DNA of 64,000 nucleotides from Dehalococcoidia bacterium (GTDB lineage: Bacteria; Chloroflexota; Dehalococcoidia; Lucifugimonadales; JADFKI01): positions 1,368,524 through 1,432,523 of the forward strand of contig OY730226.1 in assembly GCA_963422525.1 (NCBI GenBank), in the 5' to 3' direction. Made by a program: the position numbers and the translations under genes. Shown one piece after another: positions 56,715 to 64,000 of the stretch (its first letter is position 1; every line of letters begins with the position of its first letter). A model generated the notes under the pieces. That model was not told the origin of the DNA. It searched no databases and saw nothing but the letters and a program-made list of their open reading frames with translations.

Positions 56715-57020
56715 ATGTCCGGAGAAAACAAGCCTCTTGGCGAAATCGCCACTCATGTCTTGTTCGAGAACGACAAGGTGAAGGTCTGGAATCTGATTGT
56801 AGAGCCGGGCGATGCCAGCGATTGGCATATGCACGAGCGCGACTATGTAACCGTAGTGGTCGAAGGCGAAGGGCTGGTTGTAGAGTATGACGACGGCGCC
56901 CAAGAAGACAGCCCGTCTGAAGTCGGCGTATGGCGATTCCATGGCGACCATAGGATTCACCGCGTAGTGAACAACAGGGACACGCGGTACAAGAATGTTC
57001 TGATAGAACTGAAGGCGTGA
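56715..57020 (+). CDS. small cupin-fold protein, tandem paralogue
   Basis: 101 aa, collinear with the previous gene (VEPGDASDWHMHERDY...HRVVNN). Confidence 0.6.
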   Translation: MSGENKPLGEIATHVLFENDKVKVWNLIVEPGDASDWHMHERDYVTVVVEGEGLVVEYDDGAQEDSPSEVGVWRFHGDHRIHRVVNNRDTRYKNVLIELKA

Positions 57021-57090
57021 GCCGCTTGAATGAGTTGGCTTTGTCCGAATTCCAAGCGCTTGCTGAAACTCGCTCACTGGGATGTTAAGC

Positions 57091-58026
57091 ATGAAAATTC
57101 TTATTATGGGCACGGGCGCTATTGGCGGCTGCTATGGCGGCTTGCTGGCGCGTAGTGGCGAAGATGTCGTCTTCATGGCGCGCGGCGACAACCTCAAGGC
57201 AATCCGTGAGCGCGGGCTGCGCGTCCAGTCTGCGACATTCGGCGAGTTTAGCGTGCGTCCCGAAGCCGTGGATGCGCTCGACGGCGCTTGGACTGCCGAC
57301 TTGGCGCTGTTTTGCGTCAAGGGATACCATAATGAGCAGGCTATCGCTGACATGTCGCCTGCGGTCGGAGAAGACACAACTATCCTGACATTGCAGAACG
57401 GCATCGGCGGCGGAGACCGGCTTGGCGAACGATTCGGCATCGGCAGCGTGCTCCTGGGCGCTGCCTACATAGACGCCGAGCGCACGGCGCCGGGCGTCGT
57501 GGCACAGCGCGGCAGCCCGCCCCGTATCGTGCTGGGCGAAGCCCACGGCGAACTGTCCGAGAGAGCGCAAGCGGTCGCCGATGTACTGAACCGCGCCGGC
57601 ATCGAGACCGAGATTTCGTCCAGCATACTCACGGCCCTGTGGAGCAAACTTATCTACATCTGCGCTCTCAGCGGGATGACCTGCATCACCAGAGCGTCGT
57701 TCGCCGAGGTTCTGGAAACCCCCGAAACTCTTGCCATGACGAGACAGGTAATGGATGAAGCTCTGAAAGTAGGGCAGGCAAGCGGCGTCGCGCTTGACGA
57801 CGGCATCACGGATACGGTCATGGCAGGCTTCCACGAGGAGAAGGGCGGCCTCGTCTCCTCTATGTACATCGACCTGACGGCGGGCAACCCGCTTGAAGTC
57901 TCACTCATCAACGGCGCAGTGGCGCGCATCGGAAAGGAAGTCGGCGTCTTCACGCCCGCCAATACATTCATTAACGCCTGCTTATCAATCGCGGATAATC
58001 GGGCGCGGAGCAAAACCAGTTCCTGA
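57091..58026 (+). CDS. panE: 2-dehydropantoate 2-reductase (ketopantoate reductase) family oxidoreductase
   Basis: MKILIMGTGAIGGCYGG Rossmann N-terminus and a typical ApbA/PanE length and C-terminal domain. The physiological substrate is not inferable from sequence. Confidence 0.75.
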   Translation: MKILIMGTGAIGGCYGGLLARSGEDVVFMARGDNLKAIRERGLRVQSATFGEFSVRPEAVDALDGAWTADLALFCVKGYHNEQAIADMSPAVGEDTTILTLQNGIGGGDRLGERFGIGSVLLGAAYIDAERTAPGVVAQRGSPPRIVLGEAHGELSERAQAVADVLNRAGIETEISSSILTALWSKLIYICALSGMTCITRASFAEVLETPETLAMTRQVMDEALKVGQASGVALDDGITDTVMAGFHEEKGGLVSSMYIDLTAGNPLEVSLINGAVARIGKEVGVFTPANTFINACLSIADNRARSKTSS

Positions 58027-58050
58027 CGCAGCGCAGGATTAGGAGGTTAC

Positions 58051-58380
58051 ATGGACTACTTCATCGACCCCTCGCAGGTCAAACGCAGGGAGCTCGCCCC
58101 GGGCGTAACGCTGCGCACGATGTGGGGCGATAAAATCATGATGAGCATGGTTGAGATTGCGCCCAACGCAGTGGTGCCAATGCACACGCACCCCAACGAG
58201 CAGGCTGGTATCGTACTTCAGGGTGAGTTCGAGTTCACCATTGGCGGCGAGGTTAAGACACTCAGGCAGGGCGACGCCTATGTGATACCGGGTGGCATGG
58301 AGCACGGCGTTGTCGGCTCCGACGGCTGGTCGATGGCGCTGGACATATTCAGCCCGCCGCGCGAGGACTATAAGAGCTAA
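58051..58380 (+). CDS. cupin_2-domain protein
   Basis: 109 aa. PNAVVPMHTHPNEQAGIVLQGEFEF...GDAYVIPGGMEHG is a classic two-motif cupin. Confidence 0.8.
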   Translation: MDYFIDPSQVKRRELAPGVTLRTMWGDKIMMSMVEIAPNAVVPMHTHPNEQAGIVLQGEFEFTIGGEVKTLRQGDAYVIPGGMEHGVVGSDGWSMALDIFSPPREDYKS

Positions 58381-58389
58381 TCGCGCAAA

Positions 58390-58420
58390 CCGCAGGAACG
58401 ATTATAAGACGTTCCTGCGG
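58390..58420. terminator. perfect 11-bp hairpin between the convergent cupin and sodN genes
   Basis: ccgcaggaacg (58390-58400), a 9-nt loop, cgttcctgcgg (58410-58420). On the minus strand it is followed by TTTG. Tentative bidirectional terminator. Confidence 0.45.
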
Positions 58421-58568
58421 CTAAGTTGCTCTGGCAAATTCGCCTGCTATTTCGAGCGAAGCGACGAACCATAGCCGAAACCGTGTCTAGTGGCTAGATT
58501 CTTCTTCGCTGCGCTTCTCGCAATGAAAATTGAATGGATTGTGTAAAACTCGATGGTGAACGGATGGA

Positions 58569-59027
58569 TTAGGCGCCGTAGCGCGCTGCGGCTAGAGGAT
58601 CGCTGTACTCGACGCCTTTGGTGGACCAGAAGATGCCGGCAATCTCATCTACTGCCGCAACCAGCGCCTCGGCGTTCTCCATGCTGACCGTCTGCTTGCA
58701 CTGCCCCGCAAGCTTCAGCGCGGCGTTGAACTTGGCTGCGATGTCATTGGCGTCCGTGCCCGGCCAAGTATAGTCCGCCCAGAGGATACGCAGCTCGTGC
58801 TTGCACAGCTCCGCGTGCTCTTCCTTCACCGTAATATAGCGCCCCAGCGTGTTGGCGTGCGCCACATCGCCCGTGTCTTCCAGCGCCTCTATGCGAAGTG
58901 CCATCTTCTGCACCGTCTGCGCCGCAATCTTCGCTGAAATCGGGTCATAGATGCCGCATGGAATATCGCAGTGCGCGCTCGCGTGCCGGACGGACAACAG
59001 ATGCTCGATAGTTGACTTTATGCTCAT
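58569..59027 (-). CDS. sodN: nickel superoxide dismutase precursor
   Basis: Ni-hook HCDIPCGIYDP immediately after an 18-aa pro-peptide (MSIKSTIEHLLSVRHASA). The rest is collinear with Streptomyces-type NiSOD (KEEHAELCKHELRILWADY, IFWSTKG). Confidence 0.92.
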   Translation of the reverse strand: MSIKSTIEHLLSVRHASAHCDIPCGIYDPISAKIAAQTVQKMALRIEALEDTGDVAHANTLGRYITVKEEHAELCKHELRILWADYTWPGTDANDIAAKFNAALKLAGQCKQTVSMENAEALVAAVDEIAGIFWSTKGVEYSDPLAAARYGA

Positions 59028-59259
59028 TTATACCTTCCTTTCGGGGTGTCTAAATCTTGGCTAAAAGATACAATAAACGCGGTTCACACGCAAGTGATTG
59101 CGCTCCTTGGGTGAAATCGGAGACTCGTGTCTTGCCCGCCATCGTCATTCGCGCAATGGCTGAAATCCGCAGCAATGTTCCTTCTAGGCTATTGAAACTG
59201 CGCCTTTGAAATCATATCGGCTCTTACGGCTTCCCATCTGACAAGGAGCGTGCATCCTC

Positions 59260-59727
59260 ATGGCTTCCAATTCTCACCGCAGGGCTTCCAGGTTTTTGCT
59301 GTATGGCGTCAGGGGACAGAGTATGTCGCCATCCCTGCGCCCGGGCGACTATCTGCTGGTCCGGACAGCCGCTACATCTACCCGCACGCCCGCAAGGAGG
59401 GACATCGTTGTCGTCAACGCGCGCGCGGGCGAGGAAAGCGAACTGCTGAAGCGCATCGTAGGGTTGCCCGGCGAACATATCGCCTTCACCGACGGCGCGC
59501 TGCTTATCAACGGCGAAAGGCTGACCGAGCGCTACCTGCGCGGCTTGCCGCCATACTCAGGCTTGGACAGCTCCGACTTCACGGTGGGCGGCGACGAATA
59601 CTTCGTGATGGGCGACAACCGCGCCCATAGCACGGACAGCCGCCACTACGGGCCTGTTCAGCGTTCGCACATAGAGGGCAGGGCAATCTGCCGCATGTGG
59701 CCCCTCCACCGATGGCGCCCGCTATGA
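59260..59727 (+). CDS. sodX: S26-family signal-peptidase-like protease, probable NiSOD maturation protease
   Basis: GQSMSPSLRPGDYLLV (catalytic Ser), LKRIVGLPGE (Lys), YFVMGDNRAHSTDSRHYGPV. No TM anchor. Divergently adjacent to sodN. Confidence 0.8.
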   Translation: MASNSHRRASRFLLYGVRGQSMSPSLRPGDYLLVRTAATSTRTPARRDIVVVNARAGEESELLKRIVGLPGEHIAFTDGALLINGERLTERYLRGLPPYSGLDSSDFTVGGDEYFVMGDNRAHSTDSRHYGPVQRSHIEGRAICRMWPLHRWRPL

Positions 59728-59817
59728 ACGCTTGCCTGTGCTTTCAAGCCCCGTTCGTGATGAGCCTGTCGAACCGCCCTCTATCCCATCCGTCCTGTCC
59801 ATCCATGTCAGTCGCCG

Positions 59818-60792
59818 CTAAGTCAGCCAACGCGCCGCTTCCTTCGCATGGTAACTGATTATCATATCTGCGCCCGCGCGCTTGATGGAAGTGAGAATCT
59901 CCAGCGTGATGCGCTGCCCGTCTATCCACTCGTTCTCTGTCGCCGCCTTGACCATCGCATACTCACCGCTCACATTGTACGCCGCCATCGGATAGCCGAA
60001 CGCCTTGCGCGCCTGCGAAATCACATCCAGATACGACAGCGCGGGTTTCACCATGATGATGTCCGCACCCTCGTCTATGTCCATCTGTATCTCGCGCATC
60101 GCCTCGCGTGAATTCGCTATGTCCATCTGATAGCCTCTGCGGTCGCCGAACTGTGGCGCAGAGTCGGCTGCGACGCGGAATGGCCCATAGAACGATGAAG
60201 CGTATTTCGCTGAGTACGCCATGATGGGCAGATGCTCGAAGCTCGTCGAGTCCAGTCCTGTGCGAATGGCTGCGACTTGCCCGTCCATCATCGCAGAAGG
60301 CGCAACCACATCGGCGCCCGCCTCCGCCTGGCACACCGCCATTCTTGCCAGCAGTTCCAACGTGGCGTCGTTATCCACTCTGCCGTCCCTGATAACGCCG
60401 CAGTGTCCGTGGTCGGTAAACTCGTCCAGGCACACATCCGTAATCACAAGCATGTCCGGAGCGGTCTGCTTGATGACGCGGATAGCCTCCTGCACAATGC
60501 CACTTGGCTCGTATGCTTCCGTGCCCTCGGCGTCCTTGTTGGCTGGCAATCCGAACAGCAGCACCGCGCCGATGCCCAGCGATGACACTTCGCCGACCTC
60601 TGCGATGAGATTGTCCAGCGAGAGCTGATACATGCCCGGCATCGGATCGATTGCATTGCGCACGCCGCGCCCGTAGGTTACGAAGATGGGGTAGATGAAG
60701 TCGCTAACAGATATGCGCGTCTCCTGCGCTAGATTGCGCAGCGCGGACGCTTCCCGCATCCGACGCATCCGAACCTGTGGGAATCTACTCAT
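59818..60792 (-). CDS. hemB: porphobilinogen synthase
   Basis: 324 aa, typical ALAD blocks (RRMR...IYPIFV, VKPALSYLD, AYNVSGEYAM). Confidence 0.95.
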   Translation of the reverse strand: MSRFPQVRMRRMREASALRNLAQETRISVSDFIYPIFVTYGRGVRNAIDPMPGMYQLSLDNLIAEVGEVSSLGIGAVLLFGLPANKDAEGTEAYEPSGIVQEAIRVIKQTAPDMLVITDVCLDEFTDHGHCGVIRDGRVDNDATLELLARMAVCQAEAGADVVAPSAMMDGQVAAIRTGLDSTSFEHLPIMAYSAKYASSFYGPFRVAADSAPQFGDRRGYQMDIANSREAMREIQMDIDEGADIIMVKPALSYLDVISQARKAFGYPMAAYNVSGEYAMVKAATENEWIDGQRITLEILTSIKRAGADMIISYHAKEAARWLT

Positions 60793-62339
60793 TTGGCGTT
60801 CTCCTCTCGAAAGTGGGACTCCACTGCTTCAACCAGGCCCGCAATCGTGTACTCCGATGCCACAATGTCAACCCTGACGCCCAACTCAGCGGCGCGCGCC
60901 GCCGTAATGGGGCCTATGCAAGCAACCGTAGCGTCTTTCAGCGCCTCTGTGTTGCCGTTCAGAATCTCCATGAGGTTGCTGACGGTGGACGAGCTTGTAA
61001 ATGTGGCGACGTCGATGCCGTCCGCGAGCGTTCTCCGCAAGAGCGCCGCCGTATCCTGGGGTGTAACTGTGCGATAGACCGCTATGCCATCCACCAGAGC
61101 GCCAAGAGCCGCAAGTCCGCTCCTGAGCGTATCCCGTGCGATTTCAGCTTGCGGCAGGAGCACGCGTGCGCCTTTCATACGGCGCTCCCTCAGTTCTTCG
61201 ATTACGACTTCGGCGACGAACGATGATGGCACAAAGTCGGCTGCGATACCATGCTCCCGCAGCCTGCGACCTGTCGCAGCGCCGATTGCGCCAATTTGCA
61301 CTCCATGCAGCGCCCTTGCGTCCAGCCCAAGCGACTCTATTCGGCCGAACACGACATCCACCGCATTGGCGCTGCTGAACATCATCCAGTCGTAGCCTCG
61401 CGCGCCTTTAAGCGCATTGTCTAGTTCGTCGTACTCATCGAGCGCCCGAAGTTCTATCGTCGGCAGCTCGATCGCCTGAGCGCCCCTTTGCGTCAGCAAG
61501 TCGGACAGCGCGCTCGCCTGCGTTCGTGTGCGCGTAACCAGCGCCCGTTTGCCAAACAACGGCCTGTTGTCGAACCAGCTGATAGTATCCCGAAGCCGCG
61601 TAACATCGCCGACTATCGTAACTGCGGGAGCGCCTATTCCGGCTGCGACAGCCTTGTCCGCGATGTCTGCCAAAGCGCCTGTCACCGTCCGCTGATATGG
61701 TTCAGTTCCCCATTCTACCAGCGCCGCCGGCGTCTGTGGCGCGCGCCCGTTGTCGAGCAGCGCCTGCGCTATCGCAGGCAGGTTGCTCTGCCCCATCAGC
61801 ACTACCAGCGTGCCGCCGCTCTTCGCCAGCGCCGCCCAGTTGACTGCTGAGTTCGGCTTCGCAGGATCTTCACTGCCCGTAACCACGCTGAACGACGAAG
61901 ATATGCCTCTGTGAGTTAGGGGGATGCCGGCGTATGCCGGCGCTGCGATTGCCGATGTGATGCCCGGCGCCACTCCGAACCGCACGCCGGCGGCTGTCAG
62001 CGCTTCCGCCTCCTCGCCGCCCCTGCCGAACACGAAAGGGTCGCCGCCTTTGAGCCGCACCACTCGCTTGCCTGCCTGCCCAAGCGTAACCAGCAGGCTG
62101 TTGATGTCTTCCTGTCGGTTGATGCGCTTGCCGGGAATCTTGCCCACATCGGTCAGATCCGCATCCGCCCTCGCATGCTGCAGCAGCCGTTTATCCACCA
62201 GCCTGTCATAGACGATGACATCCGCAGCCTGAATTAGGCGCAGCCCCTTGACGCTGATAAGCTCAGGGTCGCCCGGCCCAGCCCCTACCAGCCACACGAT
62301 ACCCTCACTCATCGTCCCTCCCAGGATGTCTTCACTCAT
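60789..62339 (-). CDS. cobA/hemD: uroporphyrinogen-III C-methyltransferase / uroporphyrinogen-III synthase fusion
   Basis: N-terminal SAM-MTase VGAGPGDPELISVKG...RLKGGDPFVFGRGGEE, followed by a HemD-like C-terminal half. 4-nt overlap with hemB. Confidence 0.9.
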   Translation of the reverse strand: MSEDILGGTMSEGIVWLVGAGPGDPELISVKGLRLIQAADVIVYDRLVDKRLLQHARADADLTDVGKIPGKRINRQEDINSLLVTLGQAGKRVVRLKGGDPFVFGRGGEEAEALTAAGVRFGVAPGITSAIAAPAYAGIPLTHRGISSSFSVVTGSEDPAKPNSAVNWAALAKSGGTLVVLMGQSNLPAIAQALLDNGRAPQTPAALVEWGTEPYQRTVTGALADIADKAVAAGIGAPAVTIVGDVTRLRDTISWFDNRPLFGKRALVTRTRTQASALSDLLTQRGAQAIELPTIELRALDEYDELDNALKGARGYDWMMFSSANAVDVVFGRIESLGLDARALHGVQIGAIGAATGRRLREHGIAADFVPSSFVAEVVIEELRERRMKGARVLLPQAEIARDTLRSGLAALGALVDGIAVYRTVTPQDTAALLRRTLADGIDVATFTSSSTVSNLMEILNGNTEALKDATVACIGPITAARAAELGVRVDIVASEYTIAGLVEAVESHFREENAK

Positions 62340-62384
62340 CGCCTATTTGGGATTATTAGGAATCTGCTTCGTCATCGCGCGCAG

Positions 62385-63305
62385 TTACTGTTCCGCCAAG
62401 ACGCGAGAAGCGCCGCTCTCTATCAGCGCGCACGCCGCCGCCTCGCCCGCTCGTATCGGGTTGTCAATGTCGTAATGCGCGGAGAAACGAAAAATCTCGC
62501 TGCCGTCGGGCCGTGCTACCATTGCCATGATAGACAGTCTGTCCCCCTCGATTTGGGCATATGCAGCAGTCGGCAGCGTGCAACCCCCGCCCATCGTCTC
62601 CAAGAACGCTCTCTCCGCGTGAACAGCCGCACTTGTCGGCGCGTGGTCGATTGCCTGCGTCCATTCGAGCAGGTCGGTGTCGGATGCGCGCACTTGAACC
62701 GCCAGAGCGCCCTGCCCGACATCGGGAATGCAGTCCTGCGGAGAAATGTACGCACTAATCTCTGCTTGCCGTCCCAGCCGTATAATGCCCGCCGCCGCCA
62801 GCGCTACGCCATCGTAGTCGGCGCTGCTTGCCTTGCTCATTCGCGTATCCACATTGCCCCGAATTGGCAGCAGTTCCAGGTCGCGCCTCGCCGCCTTGAG
62901 CTGCGCCACGCGGCGCGGGCTGCTCGTGCCGAGCCTTGCGCCCGCCGGCAGTTCGTTCAGGGGCAATCCCCAGCGGTTCACGAGCACATCGCGCGCGTCC
63001 GCCCGCTCCGTGAACGCCGCAATCGCTAGCCCGGTTGGTGTTGTCGCCGGCATGTCTTTTGCGCTGTGGACAGCAATGTCAATCTCCCTGTTTAGCAGCG
63101 CGAACTCTATCTCCTTGACGAACATCCCCCGTTCCATGCTCAGCAGCGGGGCAGCTTTGTTCCTGTCGCCCCGCGTGGATAGGGGAACGATGCGGATGTC
63201 GAGCGAGGGATAGGCTTGCAGCAGTAGTTCTACTACTTCGTTGGTTTGCGCCAGCGACAGGAGGCTTGACCGCGAGCCGACGACGACTCGCCTTGCGGCA
63301 GTCAT
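62385..63305 (-). CDS. hemC: hydroxymethylbilane synthase
   Basis: VVGSRSSLLSLAQT, GTSSPRR and the C-terminal Cys-containing domain. 306 aa. Confidence 0.95.
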   Translation of the reverse strand: MTAARRVVVGSRSSLLSLAQTNEVVELLLQAYPSLDIRIVPLSTRGDRNKAAPLLSMERGMFVKEIEFALLNREIDIAVHSAKDMPATTPTGLAIAAFTERADARDVLVNRWGLPLNELPAGARLGTSSPRRVAQLKAARRDLELLPIRGNVDTRMSKASSADYDGVALAAAGIIRLGRQAEISAYISPQDCIPDVGQGALAVQVRASDTDLLEWTQAIDHAPTSAAVHAERAFLETMGGGCTLPTAAYAQIEGDRLSIMAMVARPDGSEIFRFSAHYDIDNPIRAGEAAACALIESGASRVLAEQ

Positions 63306-63314
63306 AATCGTATA

Positions 63315-64000
63315 TCAGGGAGTCGCGCCCGTGCCGGAGATGGCAAGCGCCTTCTTCTCTTCCCACATCTTACACACACCCGGCTCGCAGTCGCAGCCCA
63401 CGCCAGCATACAGGTTTGCCATGAGCGCTTTCCGCGCTTCGTCGTATTTGCCGGACAGCACAGTCTCAAGCAGGCTGTCCGTGATGCACGCCTGCCAGTG
63501 GTCGGTAACCAGCGTAATGCCCTTGCCGCGAATCTCGGCGCGCGCATCCGCAAGCAACGGCGCGAGTTCGGCGTAGTCCATCACCGCATGCCGCGATTCA
63601 ACCGGGCTTCCGTCGAGCAGCTCCCGGAACTTGCGAGCCAGCGCGGGGCTTGCGCCCCCAGTCGATGCGGCGACCGTAACCTCGCCGCGAATCGCCACGG
63701 ACGGCGCGATGAAGGTGCATAAGTGCGTAACATCCACTACATTCAGCAGTACATTCCGCTCCTCCGCTTCCTTGGCGATGGCGCGGTTCACATCGTTGTC
63801 GTCAGTCGCAGCTATGGCGATGAACGCATCCTGCAAGTCGCCGCTCTGATATTCGCGTTCGCGCCAAACGACGCTATCGTCTCTAGCAAGGCTGCGAACG
63901 CCTTCGTTAACCTCCGGGCTGATGACGACCACGCTGGCGTGGCAATCCAGCAATTTGACGACCTTTTCTTCGCCAATGTTGCCGCCGCCGATAACCACGC
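63315..64000 (-). CDS. sirC: precorrin-2 dehydrogenase / sirohydrochlorin ferrochelatase (SirC/CysG-N-like), N-terminus outside window
   Basis: VIGGGNIGEEKVVKLLDCHASVVVISPE Rossmann region near the window edge. The frame is still open at nt 64000. Confidence 0.8.
   Translation of the reverse strand, partial: VVIGGGNIGEEKVVKLLDCHASVVVISPEVNEGVRSLARDDSVVWREREYQSGDLQDAFIAIAATDDNDVNRAIAKEAEERNVLLNVVDVTHLCTFIAPSVAIRGEVTVAASTGGASPALARKFRELLDGSPVESRHAVMDYAELAPLLADARAEIRGKGITLVTDHWQACITDSLLETVLSGKYDEARKALMANLYAGVGCDCEPGVCKMWEEKKALAISGTGATP

Overview
A 64-kb chromosomal segment, mostly housekeeping, from a high-GC bacterium. The gene content fits a marine Chloroflexota/SAR202-like lineage: a tRNA-Thr/Tyr/Thr-tuf-rpmG-secE-nusG-rplKAJL block, an LLM-class flavin oxidoreductase, Ni-SOD and a stand-alone 5S rRNA. 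That placement is inference only. All domain calls come from reading motifs by eye; no searches were run.

Supported features:
- About 60 protein genes, 3 tRNAs and one 5S rRNA.
- Lysine branch (dapB, asd, dapA), purA, pnp-rpsO and cmk-plsC-glmS.
- An AapJQMP-type amino-acid ABC importer, rpsA, clpC and radA.
- larC, and larA coupled to an M20 peptidase.
- sodN/sodX (Ni-SOD and its protease).
- A haem/sirohaem block: sirC, hemC, cobA-hemD, hemB.

Accessory content sits in four visibly AT-richer islands:
1. 7.4-8.05 kb: a membrane-anchored zinc-ribbon orphan.
2. 10.24-11.5 kb: non-coding DNA, a lipoprotein-like frame without a start codon, and a ~255-bp tandem duplication carrying a 12-nt microsatellite.
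3. 19.2-20.1 kb: a solitary single-HKD PLD-family nuclease with a winged-helix-like tail.
4. 49.9-55.6 kb: one giant gene of about 1800 aa. It encodes a DUF4011-like N-terminus, an Upf1-like SF1 helicase, a Vsr/MTES_1575-like endonuclease fold and a DUF3320-like tail. Its Walker A to Walker B insertion holds two independent in-frame tandem duplications, about 99% and 92% identical.

I rate island 4 as the best candidate for an uncharacterised single-gene nucleic-acid surveillance or defence function. The PLD nuclease is second. Other points of interest are a reversed-order HEPN-MNT pair, a decayed PIN/VapC relic, an ABC ATPase with an AbrB-like tail, and three small 2-TM proteins with Arg/Glu-rich tails embedded in core operons. 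I saw no CRISPR array, transposase, integrase or prophage.
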